A DNA stretch of 30,878 nt from Pseudomonadota bacterium (lineage in GTDB: Bacteria > Desulfobacterota > Desulfobacteria > Desulfobacterales > JBDRRP01): positions 62,001-92,878 of the forward strand of contig JBDRRP010000025.1 of assembly GCA_043825735.1 (NCBI GenBank). The letters are read 5' to 3'. The notes under the pieces were generated by a model that did not search any database, was not told the DNA's origin, and saw only the letters and a list, made by a program, of their open reading frames with translations. Position 1 is the stretch's first letter; every line of letters begins with the position of its first letter. A program made the translations under genes and the position numbers. Below, in pieces: positions 1-8,721 of this stretch.

Positions 1-1484
1 ATGGCCGGCACCGGTCCCAGATAGGGGATATCGAGATAGCGTTTGATCTCTTCAGGCGTTTTTATGGTGTTGTCCAGATACTCGAAGAAAAAGGCAAGCC
101 CGGTGCCGAGGGTGAGCCCCACGATCATGGCCAGCAGGATATTGAGCTTCTTTCGAGGTTTGACAGGAGCCTGCGGGATCTCGGCCTTGTCCACGATCCG
201 GATATTGCCGGTTTTCATATCCTCGGTGAGCGAGGTTTCCTTGAAGCGCTTGATGAGCAGATCGTACATCTCCCGGGCGCTCTCGGCCTCCCGGCGAAGC
301 ACCGTGTACTCGATGGCCTTTTTGTTGAGATCGAGTGATTCCCGCTTTTGCCGGGCCAGGGCGTCTTTGAGGGAGTTTTCCTTGGCCTTGGCCACCTCGT
401 ACTCGTTGCTCAGGCTGTTGATGACCCGGTTGATTTCCTGGTTTTTCCGTGACTGGAGCGTTTTGAGCTCATTCTGAATGGCCAGCATCTGCGGGTGGTT
501 GGACCCGTATTTTTCCGACAACTCGCTCATGCGTTTGAAGAGCGTGACCTCCATGCCCTTGATTTCCATGATGAGCTTGTTGTTGAGCACCTCGGGAATG
601 CTGTCCAGCATGTCCGGCGTGCCCTTGAGGGCTACGGCCTGGCGATACCGGGTTTCCGCCTCTACCCGGAACGACTCGGCGTCCACGACCTGGGTGTTGA
701 GCTGCGCCAGTTTCTGGGCGGTGATTTTTTCGTTTTCACCGGTAAAATCAGTGACGATGTTCTGGGCGCTCTTATAAGCCAGCAGTTTTTCTTCGGCGGC
801 CCCGACCTTGATACGCTCGCTGTCGATGCGCTGGTGCAGCCATTTTACCGCATCCTGGATCGCCGCCAGCTTGATCTCAAGATTCTGGTCGATGTAGGCC
901 TGGGCCAGGGTCGCCACGATCCGCGATGCCATCACCGGATCCTTGGCCTGGAACTTGAGATTCACCAGGCGGCTGTTTCTCACCGGCTCAACGGTGATGC
1001 GCGTTATAAAATCGTTGACCAGTCTATAGTCGCTTTCGATGTCGCCGCTCTGGACCTTGGGACCGCTGTTGAGCAAATCCAGAAGCGCCGTCTTCCACCC
1101 GGTCACCGTTTCCTTGATGGAATGGATAAATGTGGACAGAAAATCATCGGCCGGTTTCGGAAAAAACTCTTCGCTTTCAGCCAGATTGAGCCGGCGGATG
1201 ACTTCCCGGGCCACACTGCGGCTTTCGATGATCTGGTACTGAGTCTGGTAGTAGTCCGTGCCCGAGGCGTCAACGGCCATGACTTCCTGGATGGACACCA
1301 CGTTGGGGTTTTCCTTCTCGATGATGAGCTTGGTGGCCGCCTCATAGATGGGCGTGGCGGTGAAGGCGTGAATGGTCACCGACACTACGATGAGAAAAAA
1401 CACCGTAATGATGGTCCACCGGCGCTTTCTCAGCACCCGCAGGTAGTCTCTCAGGTCAATCTGTTCGCTGTGTTGCTCTTCCAT
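1..1484 (-). CDS. wzc: Wzc/GumC-type polysaccharide co-polymerase (chain-length determinant, probable tyrosine autokinase), N-terminal part; runs off the window
   Basis: Not in the ORF track (no stop in window). Manual translation from ATG at 1484: MEEQHSEQIDLRDYLRVLRKRRWTIITVF...TPIYEAATKLII (Wzz N-domain); near position 1, GNIRIVDKAEIPQAPVKPRKKLNILLAMIVGLTLG...EYLDNTIKTPEEI (GNVR/TM2 region). The kinase domain itself would lie outside the window. Confidence 0.9.
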   Translation of the reverse strand, partial: MEEQHSEQIDLRDYLRVLRKRRWTIITVFFLIVVSVTIHAFTATPIYEAATKLIIEKENPNVVSIQEVMAVDASGTDYYQTQYQIIESRSVAREVIRRLNLAESEEFFPKPADDFLSTFIHSIKETVTGWKTALLDLLNSGPKVQSGDIESDYRLVNDFITRITVEPVRNSRLVNLKFQAKDPVMASRIVATLAQAYIDQNLEIKLAAIQDAVKWLHQRIDSERIKVGAAEEKLLAYKSAQNIVTDFTGENEKITAQKLAQLNTQVVDAESFRVEAETRYRQAVALKGTPDMLDSIPEVLNNKLIMEIKGMEVTLFKRMSELSEKYGSNHPQMLAIQNELKTLQSRKNQEINRVINSLSNEYEVAKAKENSLKDALARQKRESLDLNKKAIEYTVLRREAESAREMYDLLIKRFKETSLTEDMKTGNIRIVDKAEIPQAPVKPRKKLNILLAMIVGLTLGTGLAFFFEYLDNTIKTPEEIKRYLDIPYLGPVPA

Positions 1485-1580
1485 GTAAAAAACCCTATTC
1501 GGATATCAATGAAACTCAACCTTGATGGCCATGTAAAATGCCTGAAATCACCACAAAGAGCACCGAGATTACCTATTAAT

Positions 1581-1727
1581 TAATGTTCATCCATGGGCAG
1601 CCACTTGCTCCCTCTCCCTTGATGGGAGTGGGCTGGGGTGAGGGTGACAACCAACCGATAACAAGTGATCATCTGATACCGACCCGCCCCCTCCCGCAAG
1701 GGGAGGGGTATTTATGGAGGGACACTA
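1581..1727. mobile_element. MITE-like element, copy 1 (~147 bp)
   Basis: Imperfect 14-bp terminal inverted repeats (TAATGTTCATCCAT / ATGGAGGGACACTA, 11/14). Internal CCCTCTCCC..GGGAG.GGG and CCCCTCCCGCAAGGGGAGGGG palindromes. Similar copy at 16421-16576. Confidence 0.75.
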
Positions 1728-1848
1728 TTTAGCTATTTTTCTGTTTTCCTCTGCGTTCTCTGTGATCTCCGTGGTTCAATATCGGTTTTCGAATAAACCA
1801 ATTGACGTATTCTGCATAACCGGAAAAACCAGAGTTGATCGGAGCCGG

Positions 1849-2916
1849 TTAGAAAAAGGACTCGGGCACGACGATCACATCGTTGGGCCGGATGATGACA
1901 TCCCGGCGTTTCTTCCCCACATCGGTGATCAGATCCACCTTTACTTCCAGTATTTTCTCGACACCGTCCTCTACCCGTATAATGCGAGTCTTGTTTCTTG
2001 CGGCGATGTTGGAGAACCCGCCGGCCATGCTGATGGCCTCCACCAGGGTGATCTCATCTTCGGACAGCGGATAGGACCCAGGGTTCTTAACTTCACCCAT
2101 GATATAGAAATGCTCGGCCCTGGGGATGTAAACCACGTCCTGGTCCATCAAGTAGATGTTGCCCGTCTGGTCCTTTCCCTGGAGCAGGCTGCGTAAATCA
2201 AAGCTGACGGCGATTTTCCGCTCGTTTTCCTTATTATAGTTTTCCGTCCGGATGATCACGCCGCGCTGCCCGGCACCGGCCTTGTCGTCGACCTTGAGCC
2301 CACCGGAGCGCGACAGCACGTCGAGCACCTTTTCCTGGGCCTGAAGGGCATAGCTGCCGGGGTTGTTTACCTTACCCAGCACCAGCACCCGCTTGCTGTT
2401 GTATTCCGTGACCAGGATGGAGACGTGAGCGTTTAGGAGATACTGCCCCTGGGCCAGCTTTATGCTGATCAGCTCGCCCACCTCGCTGGTGGTGAGATCC
2501 GCCACCCGGATCTGGCCGATCATGGGCAGGCTGACAAACCCGTCGGCTGAGACCCGCACTTTTTCCCGCGTCAGGTCCGGCTCTTCGTAGACCACGATGT
2601 TGAGGACATCCAGTCCGCCCACGACATACTCTCTCCCACCCCTGCCAATGGCTTCCGGATGCTCCTGAAGGTACTGTTTCATGGTGTACTGGGGGGTCGA
2701 CTCAAGCACGCTGGCAATCGCCTTGTCTCCGGCCCCTTCACTGGCTGCCTTCTTGATTTCCGCGAGCTGATCTTTTTCTTCCTGGGCGAGCACACTGAGA
2801 TCTTCCTCAGTGACGGTGCGCACCGTCACCACATCGCCCCCGCCGGTAGCACAGGCCGTTGCCACTGCCACCAGCACCGTCGCCATCACGATCCGAAAAT
2901 ATCTCTGATATCCCAT
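1849..2916 (-). CDS. wza: Polysaccharide export lipoprotein, Wza/OPX family with SLBB domains
   Basis: Lipobox-like VAVATAC; Poly_export motif YVVGGLDVLNIVVYEEPDL...VSADGFVSLPMIG; two SLBB repeats (VLGKVNNPGSY, IMGEVKNPGSY); ends DVIVVPESFF. Confidence 0.9.
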   Translation of the reverse strand: MGYQRYFRIVMATVLVAVATACATGGGDVVTVRTVTEEDLSVLAQEEKDQLAEIKKAASEGAGDKAIASVLESTPQYTMKQYLQEHPEAIGRGGREYVVGGLDVLNIVVYEEPDLTREKVRVSADGFVSLPMIGQIRVADLTTSEVGELISIKLAQGQYLLNAHVSILVTEYNSKRVLVLGKVNNPGSYALQAQEKVLDVLSRSGGLKVDDKAGAGQRGVIIRTENYNKENERKIAVSFDLRSLLQGKDQTGNIYLMDQDVVYIPRAEHFYIMGEVKNPGSYPLSEDEITLVEAISMAGGFSNIAARNKTRIIRVEDGVEKILEVKVDLITDVGKKRRDVIIRPNDVIVVPESFF

Positions 2917-3412
2917 GCACCATCCTCGTTCATCGTGGCGTTTGACACCGGAGAAATCATTGTCCCCCGGCCGGTGATCCCCGGCGCGACTGCATCATAT
3001 TAGGGGGACTTCTGCACCGCCAATGCAAATTGGGAATATAACGTCAATGGCCTTGTTTTACAATCTAAAAAGCCGTTTGCCGGCGCTCTGCTTCGTATTA
3101 GTAAATCAGCTTCTCTATGAAGCTCCAGTTTCGCTTCAAAAAGCAGTTCCTGTTGTTTCGTAGGGGAGCCCCTCCCGCAATCGGCAAAGATGACCCTAAT
3201 CGTTTGTGTTCTCCGATTATCGCTATTGTCACAAAAACGTTCCATTTGCGCAACGCCTCCTGTTGGCCATCGAAATCGCTATCGACCGTAGAAAAAATCG
3301 GTGTCGATCCCGATCCTGAGAGGATCCTGGGATGAAACGGAACATTATTCTGACAAGTACTATAGCTGGAAAATCGTGCATAAACCGATGGAGTTTTCTG
3401 GACCGTGCTTAA

Positions 3413-3446
3413 CTAATAAAAAGAAGGGGCGCTGGCGCGCCCCTTC
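3413..3446 (-). terminator. Rho-independent terminator after the beta-barrel gene
   Basis: 10-bp stem GAAGGGGCGC/GCGCCCCTTC with 4-nt loop, then TTTTTATT on the minus strand, about 45 nt after the stop. Confidence 0.8.
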
Positions 3447-3490
3447 CGAGTCATCAGGCGGGTTTGTCGTCTCAGATCGAACGTTTTGGA

Positions 3491-4795
3491 TCAGTAGGCC
3501 GCAGTGATCTTGAACAGGTAGCGGTTGTCGCTGTATTCGTTCAGGCGCCCCTGCTGATCGGCTACCGTGTTGCTCGAAGAGTCTTTCTGCATATGGATGT
3601 ACTCGACCCCGCAGCTGAGCCACTTCATAATGAAATAATCCATGCCGGCGTTCAGCTGGATATTGCGGTCTTCACGGTTGTTGGTGTTGTAATCCTGATA
3701 GGCGTAAGTCAGGCCGCCGAAAGCTTCGAATTTTTCCAGGAATTTCTGGGTGATATTGGCGCCGATCTGGGTTTCGATGAAAAATTCCTTGGATTGTGAG
3801 CCCGTGGATTTCAGATCACGGTTCAGGTTGAAAGTAAACCCTGTCATTTCAGACGGATCAAAGCTGATACTGGTAAAGGCCACCCAGGTGTTTTCATCCT
3901 GGTAGCGAACGCCTGAAGGATCAAACTCGTTTTTGAAATTGTACCAGGCCCAGCCCAGATTGAGCTCTCCGCCCAGCTTGTTGCCGCTGTCCCAGCTCAA
4001 ACCGGCATTGAGCCGATTGCGGTTGTAATCGGCATCGTTGCTGCTGTTAATACCGGCAGAAGTAGCCTGGCTGGAAGTGGTGTCGTAATCGAACTGCTGA
4101 TAGTAGTATCTGGCAAAGGCCCAGGTCTTAGGCATGACTTTTCCCTCGAAACCGATACCGCCTTCATACGCCTGGTAGTCCTGGGTAAAATCGAAGGGAC
4201 GCGTGGCCTGCTTGTCGTAGACCTGCTTATCGTAGTTGCCATAGAGCATGGTCTTGAACGTCTCGCCGAAGCGGAATCCGACGGCGCCGTCAGTGGTATT
4301 CTTCCAGCGCTTTCCCGTATCGCCGATACCGAAGCTGTTGGCATCGCCGTAGGGGTCTTGCTTGTTATTGTAATCGTTTTTCAGCTTGAAAATCCATCCG
4401 CTGGGCGCTTCATAGTCGACCCCTAAAAGCGCCTGGTGGTTCTGCCAGTTGTTGTCGGTCTCGCTGCTGTAATAGGTCAATGTGCCTTGGTAGCCCAGCT
4501 GGATTTTCCCGCGGCCAGAAATGTCATACTCAACACCGAAAGCGGGTTTTACGTAGGTGAGCCAGTCATGGACGATTTTTTCGGTCGGGAACGCTGCGAC
4601 GTTGAACCCGCTGGCCAGATAAATATTGTCGTCGTAGGCCGCCTGAACCGACAGGCCGGGAACCAGGGTGAACTTGCCCATTTTAAAATGACCGTAGTCG
4701 AGCCGATAAAACTCGGCGTCTATGGCGAATGCCTGAGTCGACAGCAAAACCAGTGCAAATGCGGCAACCCAGCTAAGCATGCTGCGCGTTTTCAT
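3491..4795 (-). CDS. Outer-membrane beta-barrel protein of EPS loci (beta-barrel porin 2-like)
   Basis: Start moved to ATG 4795 (AAGGAG RBS at 4805-4810; signal peptide MKTRSMLSWVAAFALVLLSTQAFA). YDDNIY motif, amphipathic Tyr-rich strands, C-terminal aromatic residue (ITAAY), next to wza. Confidence 0.8.
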   Translation of the reverse strand: MKTRSMLSWVAAFALVLLSTQAFAIDAEFYRLDYGHFKMGKFTLVPGLSVQAAYDDNIYLASGFNVAAFPTEKIVHDWLTYVKPAFGVEYDISGRGKIQLGYQGTLTYYSSETDNNWQNHQALLGVDYEAPSGWIFKLKNDYNNKQDPYGDANSFGIGDTGKRWKNTTDGAVGFRFGETFKTMLYGNYDKQVYDKQATRPFDFTQDYQAYEGGIGFEGKVMPKTWAFARYYYQQFDYDTTSSQATSAGINSSNDADYNRNRLNAGLSWDSGNKLGGELNLGWAWYNFKNEFDPSGVRYQDENTWVAFTSISFDPSEMTGFTFNLNRDLKSTGSQSKEFFIETQIGANITQKFLEKFEAFGGLTYAYQDYNTNNREDRNIQLNAGMDYFIMKWLSCGVEYIHMQKDSSSNTVADQQGRLNEYSDNRYLFKITAAY

Positions 4796-4875
4796 ATCTG
4801 TGTACTCCTTTCGGACTGCAATGGATGCAGATATTGTTTTATTTAGCGCCAACACCAACTTCAAGTTGCCGCCGG

Positions 4876-5685
4876 CTACTGACTCGGGCTCACCGTCGTT
4901 TCCACCGATGTCGTCGAGGTAGAGGACGTCGAGGTGGTCGTCGGCGGGATCGTCGTGGGGTCAGGCTCTGGCGCTGGAAGTGGGCCTGGGGTAAAATCCG
5001 GTGGAATAGGATTCGGGGGCATGCTTAGTATACCAACATAAATTTCTACAGCCGTTTCTATAGCAATAGCTAAATCAGCAGGACGCCCTGAATTCGTAGC
5101 CTGCACGATCAAATTGTAGAGCGCGGACTTCTGGGCGGCGCTGATCCCCGGATTATCAAACACACCAAGAACAAAGTTGCCTGCCAAGCCTTGACCCAAA
5201 CCAGAGGCCATATTTAAAAAGTTTGTCCTTCCATCGGTACCGAAATCGGCTTCAGAGCCACGAAGTCCACAGACCGCAGTCGGGGTCTGCAAGAAATTTT
5301 TCCGGTCGGACGCGCCGCTTTTAAACCAAAGTTTTCCGATATAAGCGGTGATCCGCCGGACGGGTGTTATCTTCTTCCAAAAAGCGAATCCGCTGGTCTC
5401 TTCACGCTCCTCAACCCCGGCAGTGCTGTACGGGTTGACCTGCATGGCCGCACCGTCAGCAAATGTGATCTGCGTCATCCCCTCCGCGGTCTGAATGGTA
5501 TCACCTGCCATGACCGCCACGCCGGGGCTCGTCACCTTGATGAGTTCGCCCTTTCTGACAATAACTACGTCACCATCGACAATGGATACTTTGCCGATCT
5601 GGTTAGCCATGGCGGGGACTGCCGACACCAGCACACTGGCAACTAAGGCCATAAAAAACAGATGACACCTGCCCGATGACTTCAT
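4876..5685 (-). CDS. Secreted FecR-domain protein with Pro/Thr/Ser-rich C-terminal tail
   Basis: Signal peptide (AVPAMA); FecR-like motifs GDTIQT..G..QITFADGA and QTPTAVCGLRGS; AGGAGG RBS; tail PPTTTSTSSTSTTSVETTVSPSQ. Confidence 0.75.
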   Translation of the reverse strand: MKSSGRCHLFFMALVASVLVSAVPAMANQIGKVSIVDGDVVIVRKGELIKVTSPGVAVMAGDTIQTAEGMTQITFADGAAMQVNPYSTAGVEEREETSGFAFWKKITPVRRITAYIGKLWFKSGASDRKNFLQTPTAVCGLRGSEADFGTDGRTNFLNMASGLGQGLAGNFVLGVFDNPGISAAQKSALYNLIVQATNSGRPADLAIAIETAVEIYVGILSMPPNPIPPDFTPGPLPAPEPDPTTIPPTTTSTSSTSTTSVETTVSPSQ

Positions 5686-6180
5686 AATCGTCCTCCTTAA
5701 AAACCTTGTAGATAATGAACGACAAACCTAATGACTATATGGGTATTGGTGCGGGGGAATGTGGCTGTCAGCGCGTCCTGCATCCGGGCGTCCCCAAATG
5801 GATTTCGCAGGCGCATGCAACCGCATGCAACAAATGGCATAATGGGTATATTTTTATGAAACTGCCGGGTTAATGTCAACGTGTTTTTGCATTTATTTTA
5901 AATTCCTCAAGAATCCCAAAACCGTTTACATCGTTAAACCGATAGGCTACAAATATCACCCGTTTGGGGCCTCCAAGGGCAAGAACCTGTTTTGAGTTTC
6001 TCCGTGCCCTTCGTGACGCCGTGGCGAACATAATGTCATCGGGGCACCGGCCTTTGACACTAAACTGGAGCTTCATGGAGAAGCGGACTATTAACAAGCG
6101 ATTTCTGTGTCCTCTGTGATAAAATCAGGCTTTTTACAGGGCCGTCATAAATTATCGTACGGGGAAAATGACATAAGCCA

Positions 6181-6894
6181 ATGACGAAAAGCGCCCCCTC
6201 ACCACATGCCAAAGCCATTCGCGATCAGGTCACCATCGTCATTCCCACCCTCAACGAGGCGGCCACGGTCAGCGACATCATCACCCACTGCAGCGCTTTC
6301 AGTGACGATATCCTCGTGGTTGACGGGCATTCCACCGACGGCACCGCAGACGTGGCGCGCGCCCTCGGGACCCGTCTGGTCTATGACAACCGGAAAGGCA
6401 AGGGGGCGGCCATCCGATGCGCCATCGGACACATCCACCGGCCGGTAACGGTCTTCATCGATGCGGACGGCTCCCATGACCCCGCCGATATCCCGCTGTT
6501 GGTGGCGCCCATTTTTGAAGGCCGGGCCGACCACGTGTCCGGATCCCGGCTCACCGGAGGCTCCAGTGAGCTGCACGGGGGGTTCGACGAGTGTTTCCGC
6601 CTCATGGGCAGCTCTTTTATAACAGCCTGCATCAACCACCGGTTCAAGGTGCGCCTGTCCGAGAGCCAGAACGGGTTTCGCGCCATTAAAACCGATGTGC
6701 TGGCCGATCTGGATCTTCAGGAAGATATCACCACCATCGAGCAGGAAATGATCATGAAAACCCTGAAAAAAGGGTACCGCATGGCCGAAGTGCCCAGCCA
6801 CGAGCACCCCCGAAAGGCCGGGTATTCGAAAATATCGGTGCCCCGGGTGGCGTTTCGGTATGTGTATACGGTGATTAAATATTTGCATTTCTGA
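6181..6894 (+). CDS. Glycosyltransferase family 2, DPM1-like (polyprenol-phosphate sugar synthase type)
   Basis: VIPTLNE, VVDGHSTDGT, KGKGAAIR, FIDADGSHDP, SGSR and SQNGFRA motifs. Confidence 0.9.
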   Translation: MTKSAPSPHAKAIRDQVTIVIPTLNEAATVSDIITHCSAFSDDILVVDGHSTDGTADVARALGTRLVYDNRKGKGAAIRCAIGHIHRPVTVFIDADGSHDPADIPLLVAPIFEGRADHVSGSRLTGGSSELHGGFDECFRLMGSSFITACINHRFKVRLSESQNGFRAIKTDVLADLDLQEDITTIEQEMIMKTLKKGYRMAEVPSHEHPRKAGYSKISVPRVAFRYVYTVIKYLHF

Positions 6895-6900
6895 TTCAGA

Positions 6901-7298
6901 GACTTGTCCGCCGATGATTTGTGGCGGATTGAGGAATTCAGGGATTCAGGGATTCAGGGATTCAGGGATTGCGAATTGGCGGCCTTCCACCTTCGCCAAG
7001 GCTACGGCGGACAAGTCGGCCGGAGGGCAACTGCAAAATCGATTTAAACGCAGCCGGACGCGGGCAGGCGCAGACGAACAGCTTTCGGCCTAAAAGCGAA
7101 AACCAAAAAAGAAGACTATTGTCAGGATTTACAGGATAAACAGGATTGACGGCCTTCGGCCGAACGCCAAGTAAGAAACTTTTATTGTGCAGGTTTTTCC
7201 CGTGCACCGTGTACCTGCCCAAAGGGCACAATCCCTAAATCCCTGAATCCCTCAATTCCTAAATCCTTCAATTCCTAAATCCTTCAATTCCTGAATTC
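6901..7298. repeat. Composite intergenic repeat block: inverted 8-bp tandem arms enclosing hairpin/box units
   Basis: (CAGGGATT)x4 perfect at 6939-6970; 8 inverted AATYCYTN units at 7230-7293. Inside: 30-nt insert 6986-7015, GCAACTGCAA, ACAGGAT arm and CGGCC-TTC-GGCCG (7150-7162). Confidence 0.9.
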
Positions 7299-7308
7299 GG
7301 TTTTCCCC

Positions 7309-8721
7309 ATGCCAAACATCCTCCTATTCAACCCGCCCGGCCCGGCCGGAAAAGGCTACACCCGCGAGGGGCGCTGCACCCAGGAAGCCGGGGTGTGGGG
7401 TACGGTGTGGCCGCCGGTGACGCTGGCAACGGCCGCCGCACTCTTGCGCGAGCAGGGTCATGCGGTAACCGTGCTGGACTGTTCGGCCACCGGCATGAGC
7501 ATGGCCGGGTTGGAGACTGTGGTCCGCCGCCTCAAGCCGGATTTGGCCGTATGGAACACGGGCACCCCGACCCTGGCATGGGATCTGCGACTCGGGGCAC
7601 ACGTCAAAACATGGTCCAATAAGACCGTTACCGGGGTCATGGGCACCCACGTGACCGCACAGCCGGAACCAGCGCTGGCCGCTCCCGGCATCGATGCGGT
7701 CATCCGCCGGGAGCCTGAGGCCGTCATCGCCGCCATGGCCCGGGGCCTTCCGGATGACTGGCGAACGGTGGCCGGAATCTCTTATCTAAATAGCGCCACC
7801 GGTGCCCCGGTTCACAACCCGGATGCCGATTTTTTACCCCCGGAAAGCATCCCCGCTCCGGCGTGGGACACGCTCGATCTGTCACCGTACCGATTGCCGC
7901 TCAAGGGCCGGCACTTTGTCATCGTGGCCCCCATCCGCGGCTGCCCGTTTTCCTGCACGTTCTGCACGGCCCCGGTCTACTACGGCAAGCGGCTGCGAAA
8001 GCGGCCGGTGGCCGCCGTCGTGGATGAGATGGTCCAAAATGTTCGCCGGTTCGCGATCCGGGACTTTTTCATCTGGGCCGACACTTTCACTGCAGACCGA
8101 GGCTATGTCGCCGAATTCTGCCACGCCGTCCGTCATAGGCTGCCCGGTCCCGTCGCCTGGACCTGCAACAGCCGGGTAGACACGGTGGACGCCGAGCTGC
8201 TGGCGCTGATGAAATCCGCCGGCATGTGGATGATCAGCTTTGGCATAGAATCCGCCAATGACCGCATATTATCAGCGTGCGGCAAACGCATCTCCCGGGC
8301 CCAGTCCGAGGCGGCGGTCCGCGCCGCTGCCGCTCTGGGCATCAAGGTCTCCGGGCATTTTATTTTCGGCCTGCCCGGGGAGAGCAGAGCGTCCATGCGC
8401 GAAACCCTGGCCTTTGCCCTGTCGCTTCCCCTGGACATCGCCCAGTTTTACACGGCGGCCGCTTTTCCCGGCACGCGGCTTTACAGCGATGCACAGGCGG
8501 CCGGATGGTTCTCACCGGATACCGGTCAGGACCAGCACCGGTCCATGATGCACCTGCCGGGGCTTTCTGCAGCCACAATCGACCGTTTCCGGGAATCGGC
8601 CTTCCGCCGGTTCTATGCGCGGCCCTCGGCGCTCTGGCGCCTTGCCCGAATGGTGGAACCGCCAGCCATCCGCAACGTGATCACCAACCTGAAGGGATTT
8701 TTCACATGGGCCAAGCAGTGA
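7309..8721 (+). CDS. B12-binding-domain radical SAM protein
   Basis: RGCPFSCTFC (CxxxCxxC); N-terminal WPPVTLA...GTHVT cobalamin-binding-type domain; FGIESAN; HFIFGLPGES; FPGT. Confidence 0.9.
   Translation: MPNILLFNPPGPAGKGYTREGRCTQEAGVWGTVWPPVTLATAAALLREQGHAVTVLDCSATGMSMAGLETVVRRLKPDLAVWNTGTPTLAWDLRLGAHVKTWSNKTVTGVMGTHVTAQPEPALAAPGIDAVIRREPEAVIAAMARGLPDDWRTVAGISYLNSATGAPVHNPDADFLPPESIPAPAWDTLDLSPYRLPLKGRHFVIVAPIRGCPFSCTFCTAPVYYGKRLRKRPVAAVVDEMVQNVRRFAIRDFFIWADTFTADRGYVAEFCHAVRHRLPGPVAWTCNSRVDTVDAELLALMKSAGMWMISFGIESANDRILSACGKRISRAQSEAAVRAAAALGIKVSGHFIFGLPGESRASMRETLAFALSLPLDIAQFYTAAAFPGTRLYSDAQAAGWFSPDTGQDQHRSMMHLPGLSAATIDRFRESAFRRFYARPSALWRLARMVEPPAIRNVITNLKGFFTWAKQ

Noticed and set aside
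43..1583. Plus-strand ORFs of 144, 99 and 362 aa
   Set aside because: Antisense shadows of the wzc-like gene.
2917..3412. Small ORFs or a sigma54 promoter upstream of wza
   Set aside because: No recognisable protein motifs and no correctly spaced GG-N10-GC consensus; probably a regulatory region that I cannot resolve.
5812..5831. CGCATGCAAC direct repeat in the divergent promoter region
   Set aside because: Only two copies and no identifiable regulator; may be chance.
8277..8717. N-terminal extension of the carbamoyltransferase (719 aa call)
   Set aside because: Overlaps the radical SAM gene out of frame; family motifs begin just after GTG 8718.
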